A stretch of DNA of 64,000 nucleotides. It comes from Felis catus. Lineage: Eukaryota. The first letter of the stretch is position 1; each line of letters starts with the position of its first letter. Where the stretch lies: contig NC_058369.1 in assembly GCF_018350175.1 (NCBI RefSeq), forward strand, positions 17,238,001 to 17,302,000. Reading direction: 5' to 3'. Below the pieces are notes generated by a model. That model was not told where the DNA came from and searched no databases. It saw nothing but the letters and a program-made list of their open reading frames with translations. Below, one piece after another: positions 49,401 through 59,982 of this stretch. The position numbers and the translations under genes are program-made.

Positions 49401-52400
49401 GAAAATACCACAGTTCCCGTGAGGGGCCCAGCCGCTCCTTGGTTCTGTGGAAGAGCCTGGCTTTCCGCCACGATCAAGTCCTTCATGCGGTGGCCCACGG
49501 GGCCCTGCCGGCAGGTGTCATGCCCTTCTGGTGGGGTTTCATCAAAGTGCCGTTCAATGGCTACCTTCTAGGACCCCGTCTTCCTTTCTCCAGTGTCAGG
49601 AAATACGGTTTCCGTCGTATTGCAAGAGGATACATGTGATGTCTACCGCATCGTTCTACGTCCACTCGCAGCCCAAGGCCTGGCACAGAGTAACTTCCCA
49701 TAATCATCAGCTTGCCTGAGCCATCCTCACTGTTTCCAGAACTCTGCTCATACTATTCCCTAGCCAAGCAAGCCCACTGCATTCTCCTCCCCATCCTTCA
49801 AAGCCCTTCAAAGGTCACCTTCTTCAAAGGCTCTGGCTTCACTCCACCTCTTCTTCACTCCACCCTTTGGAGGGACAGCAGATTCAGCAGGACACTGACT
49901 GCTTCCACGTTCAGTAATCATTTACAAAGTACAATTACCATCTCAACACAACAGCCTCCACTTTGCCTCACATTTCCAACAAGGCCACACTTCTCCCAAC
50001 AGGGACACAGGGAAGTACTTTTCCCAACCAAACATCTGCCAGCTACTGAGACCAAGACAACACGTGTCCTGCAGCAACGGTGGCAGGCTCATCTTGTGCC
50101 ACCCTTGAGACACCTGGGAGGGGTTCCAGGGGTCACCCTCCAAGGCCTGGGGCCTGCACATTTCCTGAGACTGTTCTGCGACCGAAGCCACTGCTTCTCT
50201 ACCTCCTGCCTGGTTCTCAGGTAAAGGATAGTTGATCAGGGGAAATTCTGCTTTGCGGATGTATCCCAGCCAATAAATGAAGAAGGAATGGGAGAACTCG
50301 AGCCTCACCATAGTATACCCCTACTCAACGCGTGGGTCTAGGTACCGGCCATCAGAGAGTGGGGGCGGGTGGGGGGACCAGACAGTGAAACACAATATGC
50401 CTCCTGACAGAAACACCACCACTACCTATAAAAGTCTTGCAAAGAGCTGGGGGAGAAAAAAAATCAAACCTGAATCAATTTAAAGATATGGAGAGACAAA
50501 GGAGTATATTAAGTCAAAATACGGGGATATGCAGCAGAAGCCAGATTCTAGGATAAACCACTTAGTTTACTCATTTATAAAATGCTGCTACAAACAAAAA
50601 CTGAAGGGTGCCTGTAGAGTAAAAGAAACCTAAGGTTATAAGAGACAAGAGACGCACCAACCAACCACAATTTATGGTCCCTACTTGTATCCTGAGTGTC
50701 AGTAGGGGTTTTACACACGTACATTAAAGAGTTATCTTAAAGTTATGAATGGAATATTTACAGATGAATGATGTATCTAGGACTGGCTTCAAAATAATCA
50801 GGGTGGGAACACACAGAAGATAAGATTGGCTACAAGGAGGGTCACCTGGCTGGCTCAGTCAGTGGAGCCTGTGACTCTTGATCTCAGGGTTGTGAGTTGG
50901 GTGTAGAAATCACTCAGAATAAATAAATAAAATTTAAAACAAACAAATGATTGGCCACAAGGATAATAAATGAAGCTGGGTACATTGTAGGATTCTTTTC
51001 TATTTTTGCATGTATTTGAAAAATGCCTATGATTAAACGTTTTAAAAAGCTGAACTGTGTCCCCCTCACTTAACCCACCACCTCTGAGATGTCACTCTGC
51101 CTTCTTGGGCTGGTATGTAGAGAATCCATAGTAACTGCCAAACAATCCTCCCCTCCTTCCCTCCCCTGGCCACTCGCCTCCACTCAAAGCTTTAGGGAGC
51201 CACGTGCTGCTTCTCTGGCCTATGACGTGTTTCTCAAAGGTCCTCTCCCCGGCAAAGCCCGGCAGCTAGCAGAAGCCATGCCTGTCTCTGTGGTCCTCTT
51301 CCCACACACCAACCCCGGCAAGCACGGTACCTCAACCTCGCTGCAGCCGTTTCCGCAATCTGCCCCACTGGCCTGTGAGGACCCGCGGGCTGCTGTGGAC
51401 AGCAGTACGGGCTGTTGAGATGGCAGTGCCCCCAGGCCTCAGAACCCATGACGCGCACATATCCCCCCTCACGGGGGTGGAATGGAAGACAAACTGTCAC
51501 AAAATTTTAAACTGGGGGGAAATCTGCTACGTGCCCTGCCCTGATGTCCTCCTGGCTCTCAAAAAAGGGGACATTTGTATGTACACGGGGGCGCCGCGCA
51601 GCACTAACTGGGACCCTGCTCCAGCCTCTCATCCGGTGCTAACTTCAGAATTTCTATACAGGAGGGGATGGGGTCTGCGGGTGACGTGTGACGCTGTTCT
51701 ACCTGTGCCAGCGAGCCCACTCTTTCTCCGCTGCGTGTCTATCTGTGGTGGCTTTATGGAGGGGCTGAGGGAGACAAGTATGGCCCCTCAGTCAAGGCCG
51801 TCTACCTTCATCTCCCCACCTGGAAACACTGCTCACAGGCAGGTTTCCGAATGAGAGGCTGCTTAAGGAAGCCTCCTACAATACAATGCTGAAAAAAAAG
51901 TCTTGGAAGTCACATGTAGGCAATGTGCCAAGACCACAGTAAGTGATAGATAAATGATGTCTATTTTGGGGTGCCCAGGGGCTCAGTCTGTTAAGCGTCC
52001 AACTCTTGGTTTTGGCTCAGGTCGTGATCTCATGGTTCGGGAGATCGAGCCCTGAGTTGGGCTCGGTGCACACAGTGCGAAGCCTGCCTGGGATCCTCTT
52101 TCTCCTTCTCTTTCTGCCCCTCCCCCACTTGTGCATGTGTGCTCTCTACCGCATTCTCTCAAAACAAACTGAAAAAAAAATACATGTCTATTTTCCTAGC
52201 TTGTACATACGACTGCACACTGTACACAAATGTATTTCTGCGTCACACACACAATGACCAGTTCCTTCATAATCTCTGCTCACCTCCTGTTCTCGCCTAG
52301 GTCAAAAGCCTGAAAGGAAAAGCTGAGGCCGGTGCCTACCTGGGGCCCTCACAAGCTGGATCTTTACCACCTTAACCAGATACTGTCTTTAAACGCTTCA

Positions 52401-55400
52401 CCCACTTCAGCTCATCGCACACCAGGCTGGTAACGTCTGGCCAGCTACCAGGCCGGCCGAGTACGCCCCACCTCCACGTCAAGAGTGCGCTTTCTACCCA
52501 CGTTAGAAGAGCCATTGGTGCAAAGTGACTGGGAAGGAGGTGCAAGAAGGGGCCTTGTGTGGGGCAAGACAGGGCTAACCTGAGGCTGACTCCTCACAAT
52601 ACGACCACCGGGCTGGGGAGTGTTTGTAAGCCACAGGCAGGATGGCATGGCCACTGAGGGGACAGGGGGGACAGGAGGGACAGAGGCCGAAAATGAAAAG
52701 GGTGAGCAGAGCAGAACTCAGTCCAGTTCAAGACAGTAAGGAGAAGGAACTGAATGAAACCTAGAGAGACAGAGCAGGATGAGCTCCCTGACTGTGGGGT
52801 GGGGAGAGAAGCAGGGGAGAAGCCACGAAGGCAGAGGCTGCATGTGGCCTCTCCATAACACACCTCTGGTGCATGCTGGGGTCCCGCCTGCCTGAGTACT
52901 GTCACGAGGACACGTGGAAGGTGAACAGGGTGTTCTCTAACATTAGACCAGGGCCTGTTAGCTGGAGTCACTGTGCCCCCAACACAGAGCGTAGGGCTGG
53001 CACAGAAGGGCAGCGTGATAAAAGGTTGTCTGGATGGAAGGAGGAAGGGGACAAAAAGAAAAGGAGGGGCTGAGGGAGTAAGAGGAAGAAGGACTCAGAA
53101 CAGGGGAAAGTGGGTGAAAGAGAGCAGAAGGGAAAGAGAAGATGAGAAAAGATGCCAAATGGGCATCACCAGGGTGTTGGTCAGGGGTTCCCCAGAAACA
53201 GCTGGTCCTAACACACAGGAGCACTAGGCCTCCTCTCACTTTGCTGGCCTGTGTCTGGAAGAAAGCCCCGAGCCAGGCTGCTGTGGTCCTGGGAGCGCAA
53301 GCGGCCCTCTCCCCGGTGCCCCACGGGGCTACGGCTCAGACACCAGCTGTCCAGAGCTCATACTTACATTACCACCTCCAGGGACATGCTTAATATTGTC
53401 CTTGGAACCACACTTGGACTGAATATGGCTGTAGCTCACTTTTTTGGAGACTATCTGGACCTGGAGTGTTAGAGAACAGAAAAAAACAACACAAAGGGAG
53501 AGGGCTGGTTAGAACCGACACAGGGCAGGCAGTGAGTCCACACGTGATCACAATGACTGACACAGGGTGCCGTTACAACTCCGCCCCCGCCTGCAGGAGA
53601 GCAGCTGTGGAAAAGCACAGGGGAAGGAATCTGAAGTGGCAGGACAGGGAGCGAAGACGTGAACGAACAACACGAGCACAGAAGCACATATGGCAAAAGG
53701 GCTCCACGGTCCTCATCACTGCTCCTTGGGGCTGGGCCTCATCACTGCTCCTTGGGGCTGGGCCGTGGTGCACAAGGCCCAGCCAGCTGCAGGCCCCGGA
53801 GGCGCACTCAGGCACGGCCCCGCTCCCGCCTGCTCTCCCTGAGAGCTGAGACACAGTGTCCTGGGACTGCCTCTGCAAGGATCCTGCTTATCCGGACTGG
53901 TCTTCGCTGAAGCTTGGCACTTCCCTTAAATCTGAGGCTGGGAACTGCAGCAGCCAGACCCACTCGGGGAGGCAACGGCTGCTCAGAGAAGTGCTGGGCA
54001 GCTGGCTCACAGGGCACAGATCTGATGCTACAGGAAGGAAGGGACAGCATAGCTCAGTTATAAATGCAGATGGGCCAGAGGCCGTTGGAGCCACCATGCA
54101 GAATCCGGACACCAGGGGGAGCGCGGGCCACAGCCTCAGCAGCTCCACACTCCACAAGTAGCAGCCCGTGCGTCTGGGGGCTCGAGAAAGCACAGGACCA
54201 GAGTGAGCTTCTGGTCTAGACTTTTTTTTCAACTCGACAGTAAAACACCTCTTCCATCCTCCAGATGCCCAGTCCTGTGCCCTGTGAGTTTCAGGCGCAG
54301 AGAGAACCGGCTCCAAGCAGGGCTGCAATGATGCACAGGCACACTGTCGTGTTTATGAATGGCTCTCCCTGGAATGCGGCCACACAAAGGCCCAGGCTCT
54401 AAGGGCTGGAACAAAGAATTCTTTCTGAGCCTTCCCAAGGAGAAACAGTTGCCAGCTTCCTTCCTTCCTTTGCTTCAGAGCCCTTCACAAATGAAGCAGG
54501 CCCCAAGCTGAAGAGTTTTCCACTGAACAGAGAAATCCACCCTGAGAGATTCCAGCCCAAATACCTCACTGATTCGTGCCTTCTTTATAATGTCAGTGAT
54601 GAATAACTGGTCAGCAAACCACTACCCAGTGAAACCCTGCTCTGATCCAGAGACCTCCAGGGCCTCTAGGAGTCACCCAGAAGCCTCACCGAAGGTACAA
54701 ATTCCTTGCACTGAGACTGTCCATCCTGGTCCCTAAGGGCTGGAGGTTACGGCTTCTCTGGCAGTCCCTGGATGGACAGATGACCTACCTGCCACAGCTA
54801 AAAGAAGGTTCTCACAGCAAGCAGGAGGGGCCTGCTTCCAGGGTGTGGAGGCAAGAGGAAAGAACCTAGAGTTTCTGTTTACCTGTGCCCTGCCGGTGGT
54901 ATGCAATCCCTAGGCTGAGCGGGCTTCCAGTGGGAACGAGCACCTCAACTTTCAGTGAGGAGGTGACATGGGGAACCAGGGCAAATAAAGCTATCTCCAT
55001 AACCAGCAGGTTACGAAAGGGGCCTTCTAGTTCAATTACAAGCACCAGGGCTCCAGGGTTCCAGGCGCAGCAGAGTAACCAATCCCATGTTTTACTGAGG
55101 AAGAACATGGGTGCTGTGTGTGTGTTTGCACACAAAATGGGTGGGTTTCACATCAAGGTCAGTGTGAAGGAAGTGGCTGAAAATTTTTGGATCCATTTTG
55201 TCCAGCTGAATAAATATTCCCCAAAGGGTAATGGGCTCCCAAATCTGTTAACTGTCAGGGTTAATACAAAACTTTTTTCTGATGGCTGAGTCATCAAACA
55301 GAGAGGAGGGAATGCGGGGGCGAAGTAGAAACTGGTTAAGGATAGGAAAAAAGTGCGATAGAAGGGAAAGTGACTCAGGCTGGAAGAGACAGTTTATCAT

Positions 55401-58400
55401 CTTTCACCTTCAAGAGGTAAAAGTCTAAATAAAACTCACTTTCCCAGCAGGTGGTTTCTGCGCACTCGCAATTGGACCGGCTGTTTTAGTGACTGCATTA
55501 GGTTCAGGCTTTCGAGCTGTAGCAGCTGCCTCTGTTTTTTTCTCTATTTTGGCCTGGATGGAGATAAAGGGAGGGCAAATTTCAAACCAAGAGGGTAAGA
55601 GCCCAAATGCCAAGAAGGGAAGAAAGCTGTAGGGGACTCGAATCCAGGCCAGGCCACCAAGCAGAAGCAGGTCACCCTTGCTCCTAGGAACAAACCGTTT
55701 CCCGGGACAAACCAGCCAGAAGGAGGAGCTGCAGACCACAGTCTGGAGACACGAGGACAAGATTGAGACACCATTCCCGGAGACACGAGGACAAGATTGA
55801 GACACCATTCCCGGAGAGAAGGAGGGAAGGAGGGCTAAGTTAGGGATTCTCTTCCGAGAGTGTGTTTTCCAGTCACAATGCTCCCCCACTCAAATGTCCT
55901 CGCCCCAAGCAAGCTGCTGTAGTCACAGGAGCCACTATGGATGACGGGAAGTGTCACACCACTCACCAGGCCAAGTCACCCAACTCCTCACCAAGACCTC
56001 CTGCAATTTTTGCCCAACAAAAGCGTAAGAAGAGCACAGGAAGGGGGGGATGGTCACACCATCTGGGTACACCAGAGCCACAGCCTCTTAGCAAAAGCAA
56101 CTCTTAGGCCCTTATTCCAGACTAATCCCAGTTTGCCATCAGTGTCTTCCAACAGTACCAGGATTCTGCCTCATTCTGGGCCCTGTTCAATGTTTTAAAG
56201 GCTCTGGGGTTGAAGCAATTTAAGGATCCTACCCTGAATGGGAGGTGTGGTGTCTTAAGTGCTAGAGAATCACCTAGGAAATGAGGTTACTGCTCCATGG
56301 ACCCAAACTGGGACTTTCGCCACCACCATTTGCTACACCAGGTCCCATCCCTGCTAACAGCTGACAATTCTGCGGTGGATGTAAACAGAAAATCCTTAAG
56401 AGTGAAGCACCTGGCCCTCAACAGCACTCCCCACCACAGCCCTTCTGACAGCCCTTCTTCCCTGCAGCGGGCAGTCACCCCGGCCACAAGGGGGCACCCT
56501 AACTTCTTTCAGGCAGACATGCCTCTCCCAAGCCCAGGTTCCCCCTCCTGCGGGTCAGGTCCTGATGCTCACAGCACAGAGGTGGGGAGCACAGCCAGCA
56601 GGTCTCACAGGCCAGGGCTTCCCTGTTTGTTTTGTTAAGTACAAGAACCCTTTTGCCTCCAAACCAAAATGTAAGCCTAAAGCCCAAAATCCACACCAGG
56701 AGCCTCCCTGATAGAGACGGGAGGAGACAGTCTGCTGCCGGATGGACGTGGAGCCCAGGCTGCAAGTCTGTGACACTGAATCTGACGTCATGACAACCCT
56801 TCTGCTTCGGTGGGCCCAGGGGTGTGGCGTGGCAGGGAGGGAAGCAAGGGCTAGCATGCCAAGGACCACGAGCTCCAGGACTCACCCGGCCTCCTCCAGG
56901 CTGATGCTTGATGTTTTCCGTGGAGCCAACCTTGGAGCGGACGTTCTTCAGATCAGGGGTGGAAGCGTTGGTAGACAAGCGGCTCGGCTTCGGTGCAGAG
57001 GAGCCGGGCTTGGCTGACGTGGGCTTCTTGTCCGAGGAAGGAGTCCCAGAGGGCCGAGGAGGGGTGGGTGTGGGCTTGGCTCGGCCGGGGGCCACCCCTG
57101 CTGCGGGGGCTGCCCCGGGGACAGTGGTGTTCTTCTTCACTGAAGTGGTGGAGGTGCTCTTGGGGCGACTCAGGTCAGCTGCGAAGAAGTAAGAGATGAC
57201 AGGGGTTCAGCGGGAGAGAGCGGAAGGGAGCCTGGAAGCTGCAAAGACGTAGGGGTTTAAATTAGGGTCCCAGGAGGTGGGGGACGGGTGTCACCTGGTG
57301 CAGACTTCGTGGCCGTCTTCTTCATGTCTGCAGGCTTTCCCTCAGTCTTGATGGCTGCACAAACATAACACTTTTTACTATTTAATGTTTAACAAAGTGA
57401 CCTAGTGAATGGCTCATCCAATACTGAGATTCATTCATTCATTCATTCATTCATTCAACAATTACTGAATGTCCCCTTTGGGCCATGGGCTGTGCTCGTC
57501 TCTGGAATAGATTAAGAGTAAATTAGACAGCCAGGTAAAGACTGGGCCCTTATGGAATACAAAAGGCCATGCACTGTATCCTTACTCTTTTCTACAATCT
57601 TAACAGTGCCTTCCACGCAGCCTTGGAAGTGGGTTACCAGCACAGGCCTGCAGAACCGAACAACTGACTTCCTATCATGTAAGCCCATGGCCACAGTGTG
57701 CTGAGTAATGTGAAGTTACTAAGAAGGGAATAGTAATCCTACCTGGGAATTCATGAGAATCCCTTTCACTCAAGAGTTTTCTGAACAGACATACTGGCTA
57801 ACTGCATGTGAAGATCAGTGTTCCCTGTTAAGGTCTGGTGCACAGAGAGAGATCTCTCCTGTCTCCCCGCTGGTTCCCGTGGGAAGGAAGGGTGACAGTA
57901 CTCACTGGTGGGCCTCTTGGGCACAGGTGTGGGGGGGCTCCTGCTGCTTGGCCCAGCTGAGGCAGGAGTTGCAGCTGCTGTGGCTTTTGGAACAGTCTGG
58001 GTGCTCTTGGCGCCAGGCCTGAGCGCTGGGGCAGAGGCCGGCTTGGATGGGGAGGCCCGCTTCTCAGGAATCTTCGCCTCTGCAACAGGCTGGTAACAGG
58101 GAAGTGGGAATAAGAGCAGCAGGTCAGCAAGAGCCCCAGGAAGTCATGTTAAAGGACAGCAGAAAACAGGGGAACTATGGATTTGGTACTTCTTGGTAGG
58201 AAAATTTATACTGCTGAGATCTAAGTCCTTCAGACAAAGTGAGAAGCTGGCCATGTAGGGTGCTGGGCCAGCTGGAGTCAGGAGATGGGGGAGTCTAACT
58301 ATCTCAATCCAACCTGAACCGGTGAGAATGAACAAACCAGTCAAGTATACCACATCACAAACGAAGTTTGCCGCAGGATCGAATGTATTTAATACATTAA

Positions 58401-59930
58401 ATACATCAGTATTTAACGACGTGATGAAAGACAAATATACATAAACACCACAAAAAAATTAAAAATTATGTTTAAGCAAATTCAGTCATTCTTTTGGCTA
58501 AGATACACCCAGTGAGTGCTGAGCAGAATAGGGCTGCAGATGGAGGGAACACTGGCCTAACCAGTTAGATCCGAAGCCTGAGCTCCAACCCCAGTCAGGC
58601 CCCCAACTCACAGTGTGTTTCTGGGAAAATCACAGAACCTCTATGGGCTTTATTTCCTCATCTGGATAAAGGAGGTCAGGACCAGAGGATCTGTGGGGAC
58701 CAGAGCACAGAGACGACGAGAAGGGGGCAGGTGGAGGGTGCGGGCCTGACGACCAGAGAGAATGAGAAGCACCGATGTCAGCTGTGACATCAAAAGGGAA
58801 AATGTGACAGCAAAAGGGAAAATTCTCTCAAGTGTAGGTGCTTGGCACCTGGGCCCCGGTCGTTCCTCTTCCGTGGAGGCGGGGCATGGCCTTACTAGTA
58901 AGGAAGGGAAGGGATCAATTTAGCCTGGTTTCTACAGGAATAGGAGAAGGACACACTCTTTTGATAAGCCTTCCTCAAGAGAGGAAGCCAAAACACAGAC
59001 AGAGTGGATCCAGCTCTTTTGCTCCAAGAGAAATGGCCACACAGGGCAGTGTGTTGGCAGAGACCAGCAGGACACTGCTTAAATGGAAAATCAGCTTAGG
59101 AGGAGCTCAGAAATTAAGGGCTGGCATCCAGTTAAAGTCTAACTGAAAATGCAGGGTAATGGACACTTCTACAAATGAAGTCCCTGAAGTATGGTACGAA
59201 GAACCCTCAGACTGGAATAAGAGGAACTGTTCAGCTACCAGCTCTGTTCGGAATACATCGTAGGATTTTGTGCAGAGGGGCTCCCTCCTGTCTGCTCAAA
59301 ACTCTGAGTACTAAACCAGATACTCTGAGGTCTCCTTCAAATTCTCAGTATTCTGACTGTGACTCAGAATAATCTAGTAGGGCCTTCTTTTGCTAGTGGA
59401 AGCAATGGTGATAAAATAAGTTGGAAAAAAAGGTTATTAAGGATAGAAGGCTCTTAAAAATGTGACACTCTTTAGCTGCCAGTCTCTTGGTTTCAGCAAG
59501 CTACAGAACCAGCCTGCTTTGATAACTGCCCTTACTCTGCTGTTTCTCAATTCATATTTTCTTCTCTACCAGAGTCCTAGATCTGCTTATTTTTTCTGAG
59601 TAAGTTTTTCCTCCTTTGTCTGCTTCTACAATCTTTCTACCAAAATAAAGATAAAAATAAATTTCTTAAGGCTTTATTTCTATCAATCTCTCCAAATATT
59701 TTTATCTGTTTCTTGTCTGAAAAACAAGTTTGTAATTGTAATGCAGATCACCTTTTCAGATCAGCTGTGTCTCAAAATGCTGTCTAAAAGCTGCATGGCC
59801 ATGAGGGGCACCTGGGTGGCTCAGTTAGTTAAGCAACCAACCCTTGGTTTCAACTCAGGTCATGATTTCACAGTTGGTGAGATCGAGCCCCACGTCAGGC
59901 TCTGTGCTGACAGTGTGGAGCCAGCTTGAG

Positions 59931-59982
<52 letters not shown>

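Noticed and set aside
53340..53375. Tau exon-10-type stem-loop at the donor of the 93-nt MAP4 exon
   Set aside because: The sequence after AAT|gtaagt (atgagctctggac) is not complementary to the donor, so no equivalent hairpin is visible.
53711..55817. Direct repeats as a CRISPR-like array
   Set aside because: Only two abutting copies each, no spacers, eukaryotic intronic context.
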